Assembly (NCBI GenBank): GCA_040954595.2
Contig: CM082576.2
Coordinates: 6,141,129 to 6,205,128 of the forward strand
DNA length: 64,000 nt
Source of the DNA: Balanoglossus misakiensis
Taxonomy: Eukaryota > Animalia > Hemichordata
Direction: 5' to 3'
How positions within the stretch are numbered: position 1 is the stretch's first letter; the number at the start of each line of letters is the position of its first letter. Below, one piece after another: positions 37,201 through 51,100 of the stretch. The notes beneath the pieces are model-generated. The model was not told the DNA's origin, did no database searches, and saw nothing but the letters and a program-made list of their open reading frames with translations. Position numbers and translations under genes: made by a program.

Positions 37201-40200
37201 GTTGGATATTCATAATGAAAGATAAGGGCAAATGAATGTGTTAAGAGACTGAGCATTTTCCTAAATTGTAGTTTTAAGAATACATGTATGTCCTGATAGA
37301 TGTATCAGAACCATGAAGTGAAGTTGAATAGCCTGTGTGATTATACTTGTACTTTTTCAGTGAAAGTCAAACAAATATAATCTTTGTTTCCTGAATGTAA
37401 CTGTTGCTATAACAACTGCATGGGCGTACATGTCTTAACTCTGGTGTTAATAACAGCTGTTTAAGATCAACTGCTTCACATAAATTTGTACGATATTTAA
37501 AAAAACATGAAATATCCAAGTCCTGTTTGGTATTCCCTTTAAATATAAACAAAGGGTTACCGGTACAGTTTTAATTTTCCTCAGATTTGCAGTGTCAGCT
37601 GGTCCTGCCTGCACTCGATATATGTTGGGGTTCTGTAGGCACTAATGCATGAAATGGTGTCAGAGAAACGAGACTGTTGCTTATCAACAAATAAATACCC
37701 GCTCACAGCTGCTGTGGTTGATACAAAATTCTGTTAAAATGAAAAGAAATTCTGCATTACACCTAAATTGAGTTATTCACAGATGGCAAACAATTTTTTC
37801 CTAATTGTTTCAAGGCGAGTATTAAAAATATGATTTCTCAAACTTACTGAACTTCCCCCCCCCCCCCCTCCCAAATAAACTGCTGAATGTACAGTAAAAC
37901 CTAAACCTGAAGACTGAACATTTCATAAAGATATCCAGAGCAGAACAAGAAACTGCAGACTCATGGGAGAAAAATACTGAAAAAATAAGCCAAAAGTTAA
38001 TATCAAAATAAGTCCAACAAGTGTTTGATGTTATCTAGCAAAGCGTGGGCACTATTTGAAATCTTTTTACTGCCTGTGGATTCCTTGAAATTGGACGTGA
38101 CTTGTCAGCAGCAGGAGGCAAAGTAAAAAAAAGTGAACTTCCTTTGTGGCCCAATTTCATGCTGCAACCATCGCAAACCCTGTTTAATAACTCAGGCTTT
38201 GGTCATTAAGGACATGTCGCCTCTAAATCATGATGTATCATGGCAAAGTTTAGCTCATTAATGAAAGAAAGACTTAAACGCTATAAGGCTCGTTGCCATT
38301 GGATGCGAAAAAAATGCTTTATGGTAGCCGTATTGCGATTGGATGAACGCGATAGTGGCCTTTGGTAGCATTAAATATGGCAATGGAGGTATCTTTCTGT
38401 ATTAAAGGCACCCATGCGTAATGTTTGAGTGAGAGGCAAAGACACGGTTGTCGCATATGGTCATCAGCAGTAATTTGGATTGACCACAAGCTCATGTTGC
38501 CACTGGCAAAAAACCAAGAGAAATTTTGAACATTAGTGAATCAACTAGGCATATTACAAGCGAGAAATAAAACTGTGAATTCTCTGCGAGTTCTGAACTG
38601 CTTTGTAGCACAGCCTCGGGCGTTCTGATCAAACCATTATGAGCTAGAAATATACTTTAATCACAATGATTTTGTTTTTGATCAGTGATGTCATATCAAT
38701 TTATATTCTAGTGTCCCATGGTAATATCCGCGAAATTAGAGTCCAATGCTCCGAGATCTTTTCTAAATTTTTCGTATCATGAAAAATGGAAAACAGCATT
38801 CGCCAAATTGCCTCGTGATAAGCATCCAGGTTATACAATTATCGATTGTAAATCAGCTCTTAGATGTATTTTCTATCAGGGGAATCTTAATTTCTTATCC
38901 TAATAAATCGTATGATTTTGCAATGGAATTCTTTCAAACCGCTAGGTCAGAGGCTAGGAATAGCATCTCGCTTGTTATTGGATGGGCTGGGCTGTCAGAG
39001 TGATGGTATTTGGTGCTTAAGAATAACAGTAATAAAATGTGAAATGTTGGAGAAGACACGTTAATGACCCCCAAATCTCTGACACACAGAGTAATAGGCA
39101 CGGATTCTATTTTGAATCATTGATTGGTCATTAAGTGATTAATGAGCTATTTGTAGTTTGAGGATTTCACCGAGATAATGCCGACCTGGTACATTTGTAT
39201 AGATGCGCTGCCTTTCCCCCATGAGGCAAGTCGCAAATTGATAAGAAAGCTTTATGCAAACTATGTGGCATGCATAATCATTTGTCTAAAGATTACTTCT
39301 AAAAATAGCACCGGCTTACACAATTTAATCACCTGAATTCAACGCAATCCATCGAATTTGAGATCTTCTTTGAATATTTGCCATTTCAAGAAATTCTCTA
39401 CCAAAAGATCAAACCTTTGTCAAACATAGACATGGTCATTTGGGCTACACTCGTGTCTTTTGCTCTTGTTTCTTGTGTATGGAAATATTAATTTGACAAT
39501 TTGACAGAATGCAGCACTGTCCCAGCATGCCTTATGTCTAGACCAGAGCAAATTTCTAGGATATGAAAGTGGCTTTAATGTATTTTGGTGAGTAAAAGAT
39601 ATTTACCATGTTTCAGTGAACAAAACAAAACAAATTCAATCCATGTCAGATTTTAAAAGTTCTGATGTGCAGAAAAGCTATACTTCATCTGTATTTGCAT
39701 AGATTTACGCATAGATGAGTCTGATGAAATCGGTCGTACTGATGACTGGGCCAGTTTAGAATGTCACGGCAGCGGCTATACGCAGTAAATAGTAGTTAAC
39801 AATCTGAGTCACGCCAACATTAACCTATTGAGTTTGTGGTGATGTTTGCTTGCTGTACACAGTTCAAGAGAAGTTTTTTTTTCTGTCCTCGGATGCACTC
39901 CTTATTTCCTCCTTTGATTTCTCGGCAAGATTATTCTTGTAGATTCTCAATTAGGATGAATAAATGCTGAGGAACAGCCATCTAGTCTGTTGGGACAGGA
40001 AGAAATTCAACAAAATCAAGTGTGTCAGCCGTGCTTTCTAACACTTACAGCATCAGCGATTCTCCACAAAGCTTCTTCCCCCCAGGCCATGCTGGATCTA
40101 CCCAGACCATATATATTCTATATAGGCTCTAATCAAATGGTCCATTTGGACTATTGACAGCGCAATTTGCCTCCCACTAAAATGGGGTTAATGTACACAG

Positions 40201-43200
40201 AATGAATAGAAAACTAATAAAACACTGATCACTGATAAACAAAATATGGGCAATCAGGCCCCTGGCCGTCGTCGCCGTGCGCTGTGCAGAAATTCAAATC
40301 CAGCCAGCAAGAATTGTGGGTAATGGGAAAGTTAGCAGTCTCTGTTTGTTGTTTGTGTGGCGTTTTTTTTTTTCCTGTTGAGTGGCTTGTACAATTGACC
40401 AGATAAAACTGTGTAAACATAGACAACACAACTTGGAGGATAAAAAAAAGCAAGAAAGTGGCGACATCTTCCATCAAGCACTGCTCGGGCTAATTGAATT
40501 GTAGCTATAAAGTAGGTCTGGGTTCAAATCCTGTAAAATTACATTGTAAAGTCGATCATTTGCTTGTACATGTACCAGCTAACCCATGAAAATGTTTTCA
40601 CTCGAAATCACTGAATATTTTTCTTTCACTTTTCTTTCTGTATTTGATCACATTTGACTTCTTTTGTCCGATTATTTTTGGCTTCCTTTTTTGTACTGAA
40701 AAGAAAGCCAACCCGCGAGGAAACGACAAGGATTTGTCAAAGAGTGAAAAATCAATAACTCAGGACTGTGAAGGCTGAATGTTTTAATCCTGTACATGGT
40801 TGTTGCATTATTGAGCAACTATATTTGTACACTGATGCATGCATCCAGTGAAAGCCTTTTGGGAATCACCGTGAAAAGAAATGAACAGTTTAAACTGCAG
40901 GAAGAGGAAGTACTTGTAAGATGGCGTATACCAGGGAATTAAAAAAGGAAATTACTATGCCCCAGAGAAACGGGAATGTTCCTTGTACAAACAGAAATAC
41001 CTGTCCTGTGCGTAATGGCTTTTAATGTTACAGTATTTGTTGAATAAATAGTAATTTGCAGGGTATTTTTTGCTGGACTGGTTGATTGAAATAAGAATGC
41101 TGATTATTTTTTGAGGAGCATCATGTAAGAATAGCTGAGTCGCGCGCTTTAACATTCAAATTGGGTTTACCAGTAGGATCTGCTCTGTTGGCCACATTTG
41201 CGATCAGTGACAGGCTCACAGCTGCCAGACCACATTTTAAATGTTGAATAATATCCAATTTCTAGACAAATGGATTAGCACACATAGAGTTATGAGCTAT
41301 ATGAACCATTCAAGGTAGCATCAAAGTATTTAATGCAATTGCTTTGGTTGACTGGCACTGAGATTCATCAGCTCTCCATGCACGGTTAAAAAATCTTTCC
41401 GCTCCGTTTTTCTTCTTTTTCAGCTCCCGCTACCTTTAATAATTTTCAAACGCCATCAGTATAATTCATTTTCATCAAGTATTAGCTGAATTTTGATAGA
41501 ACTTTTACATATGCACCTAGATATTATCCTTTAATAGCACATTCAGTTGCTGAGCAACTTGAATTCTTGAATTATAAGTTGTAAAATAAATTACCACTTG
41601 TATTTTGAGCCTTGAATACCTAGGTAACCTGTGCCATTTAAGATATAATTCTGTTTCCATTTTAAGCCTGGCAAGTTTTACTGATTACTGGGACTTTTTC
41701 AGTTCAGTTCAGGTTGGTATACTTTGTCCCCAAACTTTGAAAAATAACCCAAAGGCATTTCTATTTGCATGCAGGCTAGTTGGACAGGACCAATTTTTAG
41801 GCTTGTCAGCATAAAAATAAGAATTCTACTGATGTATACGACAGTTGTTTAAAGTTATGATCCCTCAATAGACTTTTTCTGAAATTTTGTCAGAAACTAC
41901 CATATAGCTCTCATTTCCCTTTTCAAGGCAGAACTATCGCAAAAATCAGTTGTGCCTTTAAGAAAGTGGAAACAGTGCCTGTTACAAACCTAACCTCCAA
42001 GGAAAATCACAAAAGTAACCTCACACTGCGACTTGAAACCTAATTGTCCTGTAAATGTTGTATTAGAGCTGAAACTGTCAGGGCATGTCGGGTAAAAGCC
42101 AGGGGTATCCCTGTGGAGTCAGACAGTGTTATCTTGCTGTGCTATAATTGTCAATTATGCCTCCATAATAGTTGTTTGATAGATTGTTATGTCAGACATA
42201 GCAAAGGCGTTCGTTCGTGCTTGATAGAATAGTTTGAAATTGCAGTTTTATCTGCAGGAATGAGGAGAATTGGTAGCAAATGTGGGCAGCTCATATAGCG
42301 CCAAATCAATTTTATTACAGAGCGAAACTGGCATGTGGTAGTTGGAGAAGTGATCAGACCTGATATTAGATCAGTCCACCACTTGAATGTCTGGTGTGAT
42401 ATGTTCAGGGGGGAAATTCACAAGCGCAAATGCAATGTACACATTCATCCATCCATGTAAATTTTTAGAGAGAAAAGACGGCTGAGGCCAAATATAGCAG
42501 GGCTTCATTCTCAGCACCTTTGGGAGACTAATATGGCAGGCTATTATCACAGATTTCGACCCCAGCCAAACTGTCCCATGTGGTCATCATGAACAAGTAA
42601 TCGGAGACGGTGTATGGAGCCCGCAGATCTAATCTTTGTCAGATCAGAAATCCGTGCAGACAAATAGAAATGCAATTAAAGACAGAAGAATGGAAAGCAA
42701 ATAGAGAAAATACTGAGTAAATTCCAGGCATTTGGGGATGCCCGCACTGATGGCATTTCTGCATTCTCACGAGCCAGAGAGCTTTTACTTCCGTCTGAAA
42801 AAAAGCTCAGGCAGATTTCAATAAGGAAACTGTGGAATTGTGAAAGAGACATTCAATTATCCATGAGCAATAATTAACATCATTAGAATTGGCCAATCAC
42901 TAATCATTTAAAGTTACAGATAGTGGCCCTTTAATGGATTTCAAATCTGGACATGTAGTAAGACTGTTGCAGGGCAACAGTAAAATTGAAAACTGGAGTT
43001 GTAGATCCAAACAAAAAACAGTGACACTTGTTATTACTAAAAGTTACAGCTTAGTATGTCACTTTTAAGTTTTCATCTTAAAGTTGCATATGCCAACAAA
43101 TCTAAGAGACTGAAATTTGAGTTTGATGCATTGCCGTGTCAACCACCGACCTACATCTGAGTTTGATATATTGAAATGTTTAGACTAACATCTGGTTTTG

Positions 43201-44960
43201 GATAAGCCTTACACCCACTTTTCTGACTTTAAAAAATGTTGAAATATTTACACTCTCACATCCTAGTGTGTATTACATGAGACAGCTCTAAGGATTCTTT
43301 TGTGAAATATTTAGATTTAATTCCTTCTGCTTTCTGGCGGTCAGAAGTTCAGCTAGCCCCCACCCAAAGCGGTGACTTTTTAGTCAGTGTCGCAACTTGT
43401 GGGTCATCTGTTCTCCGGTAAGACAGATAATTAAAGCAAAGGTTTTTCTGTCTCCGTTTTCAGAAGATAGAAGAAACTGACACGGAACTCTCATCTGCGT
43501 CAGAATTACCCGCCAGACAACAGGGAAGAATAAAAATGACCTGTTGCTGAAAAATGAATACTGATCTTAAATAAGTTAGAAATCTGCCATCAAAGAATAA
43601 CAAACAAAATAAAATAAGTCGGAATAACATTTAAAAATTTCACAATCTTGGGTTGGAATCAGATTCTGTAGTATTAATCTGTCTTCACTTGAACTTCAGA
43701 AATAAATTTCCTTGTTTACTTTTCGGCCAATCACATATTTTCTGGATCTATAAATGTATTAAAAAATCCCTTGGGTGGACCCAACCGCTTCCCTGTAAGC
43801 AGTGACGGACAGCTTAACTGATTATCAAGCCTAGATTCCCACAGTAAGGCCGACATACATGCATTATGCATCAGATCTGATTCAGATTTAACTCATGCAG
43901 AGCCGAAACAAGAAAAGAAAAGAGAGAAGAGGAAAGAGTTTTGCTAACAGCATGACTAAAAAGCAAGGTGGCCTTTCAAGTCTAGCGCTGCTTCAAAGAA
44001 TACGGAAGATTGCCATCTGACAGGAATGAGTTATAATCCCTGTAGTCAGGACACTGTTGCTACGGTGACTGTTTGCCCAATTGATGCGATTAATCATTGT
44101 GATATGATCTGTATACAGACGCTGATGCAACAACAGGGTACAGTGTTGTGAGAACAGTTTGTGGTTAAAGTGCTGTATGTCAAGCCTGTGTATACATGTA
44201 CACACTGCCGTACATTGTGTTTCCGTGAGATACAAGGCTATCAGGTATTGGTCTCATTGCACAGTCATTGACTGCTCATAATGGTTATTTAATAGCTCCC
44301 CGATCTCGTTCACACAGACCAACTACAAGCCTCTAATTACCAAAAGATACAAATAAGTTGTAATGTTTGCCAATAAGCTCAATTTTACCTAAGCATGCTG
44401 TGTATAACTGTCCTCTAAGACCTTCCACACTGATGGGCTTAGGTTACCCAGCTGGCCTTATCAGTTAAATTGCAAATAGCTGAATACTTCTCTGGAATAT
44501 CTTAGTTCTTTTTTTTCTCCATTGACTGGATCGAGTTACATGTAGGATCGACAGCCACACATTTGTCATAACACATCTGATAAAGGATTACATCCTTGAC
44601 CTGGCTACTACTGAATGGAATTATTATTACGACATAATGCCAGAATACCTTCTGTTGTTCGCACAGAAGCAATGATTCAATTTTACAGTGAGAGATTTGT
44701 GGAGTGTAACATTCACGTAACACTTTGACCTCTATGAATCATAAATGGAAAACTTGGTCTGCAACGACTTCTGCAACGTTGATTTGAATTATCAAACAGC
44801 ACTTACAAAATGTCTATGATTTGACAGAGTGCTGCAGACTGTATGAAGTTTTAATTGCTTATGTGCTGGTGTGACTATATATACATGTACATGTACATGT
44901 ACAATGTTGAAAGTTGAAAGAATTAAGTATCTCTTAGCTGTGGACAAAATCTTGTATGCA

Positions 44961-45145
44961 GTGCGGTGCTTTATTCATTTATAATACACCGCTTTAATAT
45001 ACAGTCAAAATCTCATTTACAATGGTGCTTACATGTATATACAGACAAAATCTCCTTTATACCATGCGGTGCTTATATACAGACAGCATTTCGTTTACAA
45101 TGCGGTGCTTACACGGTATATAATACAGACAAAATCTCGCTTTGC
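44961..45145. repeat. Degenerate minisatellite, ~35-45 bp unit, about 4 copies
   Basis: Recurrent atacagacaaaatctc...tttacaatgcggtgctt units read directly from the sequence. Confidence 0.8.
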
Positions 45146-48100
45146 ACAAACACTTAATTGTGTCACATACATGTATAACTCTCCTATTGCACTTATCATG
45201 TTCCCCCTTTCTGCAACACACTTGTGTAATACCCGCTGTTGAAACATGTGACTATAGTCACCTCTTCTCTCACCTCTCCCACTATATCAAGTAATTGCCT
45301 GCTTCAAATTTCACACACTTATTGTTGCAGACCACAACCTTAGTCCCTAACAATGAGGTGTATAATTGACAGTAATGCGTCATTATCTCACACAAAATAT
45401 ATATCATCCTTTTGAACATACAATACTTTCGCCTTCCCCGTTTATTGCCTTTCACACAGAACTGTAAAATTTCTATCAGGAACTGCAGCTTAAATTAAAA
45501 AGCACGTACCGTTCGATCAGTTCGCTAAAACTTTTAAGGTTCAATTCCATGAAATGTACATGCAGTTTTTATTGTAGGCATGATAACATATGCGTCAGAG
45601 TTGTTTGAGAATTAAAGTTTACAAATATACCGTAACGTTTTCAAATCAGGATGCAGCTATTAATTGGGTCGCAATAAGGAATGTTATGGTTCACTTAATC
45701 CCTTATCTAAATTCAACTTCCAGCATATGGCACATACATGTTTGTAATTTTCATGGAATTAAAATGATATATTTCTGACATTTTTTTTATGGGCCACACA
45801 TTTGTACAATCGGCCCCGCATAAAATACTCCCCCCCCCCCCCCACCTCTCCTTCTGCATAAACACACCAGCAGACACAGTGTCATTCAGCCTGGAAACTG
45901 CAAAATTGTCTTGTATATACAGTTGTGTATATATTTCACTAATTTACTGCCATCATGTATGCATATTGTGATTTTCTAACTTTAATTGGTTCAGAAATCT
46001 ACATGAACTCTACATGCATGCTCACATATTTTGAAAATGAGCAAATACGCAATCAATTTCCATGAAACTGACATTACTGCATGTTTTTCAATGCAAGTAC
46101 ATGTATACCGGTATAAGCATCAAATGCACTTATATTGCTCACAAAAAAAGATCCATATGTCATTGTTTTTGTGCACTAGTATGAGAGCATGCACGGTTTA
46201 ATGTTTTCCCCCACAACACGTATGCATCATTGACCGATTTTTATTGCCAGTTTGCAGTCAGAAATCCTGCCAGCTAGATCACCCTCTCTGTATTCTTCTC
46301 CTTGATCTGTCTGTCTGTCTGTGAGGTGCTGACAGTTTTGCATTCATCTTGACTGTGCCTTTTATTAACTTTTATTAGGTGCCAAGTTTTTTTACAAGCA
46401 ACTTAACCGACAAAAGGTACATGAACTAGTATGTAACTCACGGTCTCTCCAATTGCAACTAGGCCATGTTGCCTGTGGGCATTGGACAAACAATATATTT
46501 ATTACTGTCATAAACTGTCTACATGTGTGTCAGTACAAACACAATGAAAGATTTTTCAACTTATCAGTAAACACAATAAAAGTATTTTACTTTTTATAGA
46601 CAATTAAGGTAGGCAACTACCCAGAGGTGTTGAAGTGCACAATTTTCGTATTCCAAAGATGATTTGTTCTGCAGTAGACAAGGATACTGCATGCTTTTCC
46701 TTTAAAAGTTCCAAATTCAATCACTGAGGAGAAATGACAGATTGATTTGCAAAACTTTCAATACAAAAATCGAACCAAGTCTTTAATACGTTCATTTATT
46801 TTACCACTGAAAGTTTTACCCTGACAAAAAGTGCCACTTTCAAACCCGAGTGATTTTTACACTTCAACACATTTGTTTTACAAACCGACCCCAAAATGTG
46901 TGTGGCAATAGTCGCGCTTTTTATCGATGGTAATGTTCAGCGTTACAGTGGATTAAGCAATGAGTTCACTGTGCATCAACTGTCAGCAGTCGATCTGCCG
47001 CGCCGCAAATCCACACCACTTTACTGAAAATTCCAAGGTGAATGTAGAAATTACAGGAAATACAAACACCTGGATAGGTGTTTTTCTCAACACGCTTTCA
47101 TTATTTATAATTACCGGTACACCCAGCGCCATTATGATAATTTTTTTTTGCTTCTCGCAGCGAAAATTGGCCGCTGGCGATGTGATATATCATGCAGTTC
47201 CTCTTACGCACACACTAATACCTTGATTGTTCCGTTGTTGTTCCAATTTAAAAACTTTAAGGTTGTTCAATCAGGTTGCGGTCAGTGCTCTATGGCTACT
47301 CACTGTATGTTGGGAAATGTAAATTTGAATTATATATTTGAAAAAGTGCATAAATTCAACCAAAAAATGCATAGATCTTGAGTTAAGTCCATATTTCTGG
47401 ACATTTTTTCAAATTATTTTCTTTTATGCAAGAAATTGATTCATGTTACACAGGTATTAAAGGTAAATTTTGTTTCATTTCATATTCAGTCTGATTGACT
47501 ATAAAACAAGCTTTTAATTGCAGAGAAAATAGGAAAAATATATACTTGATAAATTTTGATGATTTATGTGACTAAAATGCTACGTTATTAAGGCACAATA
47601 ATAAGTGACAATCAGTCGAATGCAAAAATTGTCAGTAATTTCAAAATCTCAGATCTGTGAACGGGATCTTGTGATCTGCAAAGATCTGTATGTTGAACCG
47701 TAATCATGTTATAATGAGCAATAGTTCGCACGAAGTGAAAACCAACCGGATCAGGATAATGTCATAAAGATGGCGGTTTTTCGAGTTTGGTCCCAGAAGA
47801 CAACGGCCGGTAGTCTAAGAACACGGAAGTATAATACTTCCCAGTGGGGATTGCTAAATTTGTGTTAACCTTGACCTTGTCACTGTCAGTACCAATCAGC
47901 CTGTCATCCCCAGTTCCCCATACACACACGCTCTTGGTGGATTTCCCCCTACAACAAATGCCATGATGATATATGCTATCAGTATCTGGTCTAATTCAAT
48001 AACAGCGACATGGCACAAGAGAGCAACTCTGTATGTTTTTACAGACACCCTGTTTTTAAAACACAGTGTGGTTGCATGATGACAAGGGAGCTACTCCCCA

Positions 48101-51100
48101 CCATTAGTTACACTGTGAGCTGCTCTGGATATTTTGAGTCAACATTGCGCCTTACTGCGTATCACAAAACTAAACAAAGAGTATAATTAATAGGAATACA
48201 GCGTGTCAAAAAGAAATAAATATAAATAAAAAAAAGAGACGATTGAATTTCTATATAGACTTCCAGGTCCCTTTTGTTTGACAAATCAAAATGCAACTTT
48301 CATGTCTCATAATTCATGACAGGTCGGTTGTCAGACACGGTTGATTCTGTTGTTAACCCTGTAAGTTGAGAGTGCAGCCGAAACACATCACTAAACATAT
48401 GTATTCGGCTCATAATTTTAATCCCATGGCAAAGTTGGACAGCTGTAGGCTTTATTTTTGCAGTATTTTTTTTTCAGGATGTTTGTCCTGTGTATCAACT
48501 GAAGCATAATCTGCTGATATTTTTTTATTTTTTTCCATGTATTGGGTCTAAGCTCTATACTCCTGTATGAAGAATGTTAAAATGTCTAACTTGCATTCGG
48601 TCAGTAAAATGTTTGCTCTATAACAATTAGGCCATCTGAAGTTAAGCGCTTCAACCTGAATTCTCATCGCAACAGAGTGGAAAAGTGGAATAACGGGAAC
48701 CAGAACATTTGTTTGTAGAACATAAAACTGTAGTTGGCACACACATAAAAAGGTGATTGGGAAAAAAGCAGCAAAAGTTACTGCCATTACCTTTTTTGTG
48801 ATGACTCTCTCGGCTTTTGATACCAATATATTATTAAGGCAGCATTATAGGGAACGATATCACCTCTATATCATAATGATACAATAAAATCTGGCTGTGA
48901 TCTAGCCATTGTGGTGTTAATGTCATCAAAATGAAAAAGAATGGAAAAACATCTGGTAAATTTAATATCATGACCTTCGGAATACAAAAGTGTTATTATA
49001 TATTAGTCCAAACTCAATGAATTATTGGCCTGAGATCAAAAGCCAAAAAAACTATGTTTTCACATGCAGAACTCCAATCTTTTTGATCAAATTTGGATTT
49101 GCGTGATTATAAAAGGTGAATCCTGCAGCATAAATCCATAATAATATCAAGTTATACGTCAGTGAAATAGAAAAATCGGAGTATTAGCAGGCAGCGTACC
49201 ATTTACTATTTTTCTCTCAATGTGAGCTAGTGTACCTCGATCGCAATCTCCCAGGCATAGTGTGACTGCATGCAAATTCCTTACAGCTACTGAAGGGCGA
49301 CCACCACAATATACTGATAGGGCCCTCCTCAAAATTTCACGGACATGCTGCAGAGCCAAATTCAGTGTCAGTGTTATCATGATAATGTATCGACTCACAT
49401 CGTAATTGCCAGCGTTTAAATGTTACAGGGTTGCGCGGGGAGATAGCATTATACACAACAGCAAAATGCTTTGAAAGCAAGTGATCAGGTATAGCAACTG
49501 CTCTATTTATTGGTGCTTCAGTTTGGCCTTCCGCTCAACCATGCGTGGACACTATACGCGATGTCACTGATGCAGTGTACAGTAATTGATGGGTCTGTCT
49601 GAAAACATGTTTGGGCCTCAGATTATCTGCCTACATGCCGGGACTCCATACATCTGTGTAAGAATTCAAAAGAGCGAACGATAACACACTATCTCTTTTT
49701 TTCCCTTTCGTTTTGTCTGTCGCAATCAATCAGAGTTGGTAGAGATTAATTTCGGAACTTTTTTCTTTTCGTTAAAAAAATAGAGATATGTATATACCCT
49801 TTTAATACAAGAATTGATCAGGCTTCGGTATGTTGCCACGTCGCAGCTCGAAAGCACTGACCCGCACGCGTAAGTTTGTATCATTGTGGAATGCGTATGT
49901 TTGTATTGTGAGATATTTTCAGCCCAAACATAATGTCTGGGTGTAGGTGGCCATAAACCTCTCAAGTACTAATCAATTTAAAGCTATATATTACTTTGGT
50001 GTTGATGTTTCCCTCCTGAAAGCAAGTCATTCGCAGCAACTAATTGTCCTCTTATAGGCATTAATTATCTTGTCAAAAAGATCATTCGGAATCAATTCCA
50101 AAGAATGCGATTGGGAATTTAGACAAGCACAATAGGTCCATTTTCCCTTTAACTTACGCGACTGAGCTGGATGTTTTGAAGCGTTGATCAATTTGTTCCT
50201 TTTACGTGTAATTTTCTTATGCAATTAACTGCCGTCATTACAACTGTACACACGCATTATGTTCACCAATGCACCTTTTACCCAGTGGCACTTTATATGC
50301 AATTCACAAGTCACTATGAGGCAGTGATGGCCCTATTCATGGTGTAGAATCTCTTTCTTGGAAAAATTTGCATTTTAAGCATTTTTGAAATAGGTTTCAT
50401 GTTATAGGTAATTGTAATTAATTGTTTTTCTTAGTTTTTTGCAACTCAGAAAGCATGTACCAAACAACTTATGCATTACCATGTGACCTGTATGATTTAA
50501 AAAACCTATGCCATCCTATATGTGTAAATAATCTTTCTTAAATGAAGAGATCAAACAGTAACGTCCCCGCCCTTCTGACTGATGGAAGAGGAAAGATATT
50601 TTCAAACCAAGTACTGAGCTTCGTTTCACCAATTCATCGTTTTTTGTTGTCTCAAAGTAAAAGTCGGCGCATGAATCATCAAGTCTGGTGAAAAGACTAG
50701 ACAGCAAACTTAAATATTTATAACGCACCTGAATTGTTGAATCCTGCTACCCAGACTATATTGTTATGATGCTATGATATTTGAGCTCTCAACTGTAAAT
50801 TCCCTTACAATTCACCACAGAGATATATCTTTTGAATTTATTGCTAGTGGTTATTCTTTTTGTGAGCAAAGATACATCACGACTTGGTGGCAAGACATAA
50901 ACTTTTGAACAGCTCATGAATTTCTTAGTGTCAATACAACAAAATTTGCCTTCAATATGCTCTATTATTAGGCTTTGGAGAGGGCAAGACATTCTCGTCA
51001 TCAAATTTTCATCGAAAGTGATCATCAATGCGAGTGACAAAGCATATATGCAAGCATTCTGAGTTTAAACTGAGAATAAGCGCACTTGTAAAGTAACAGG

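Noticed and set aside
44961-45145. Repeat array as possible CRISPR
   Set aside because: Eukaryotic context, degenerate adjacent units without unique spacers, no cas genes.
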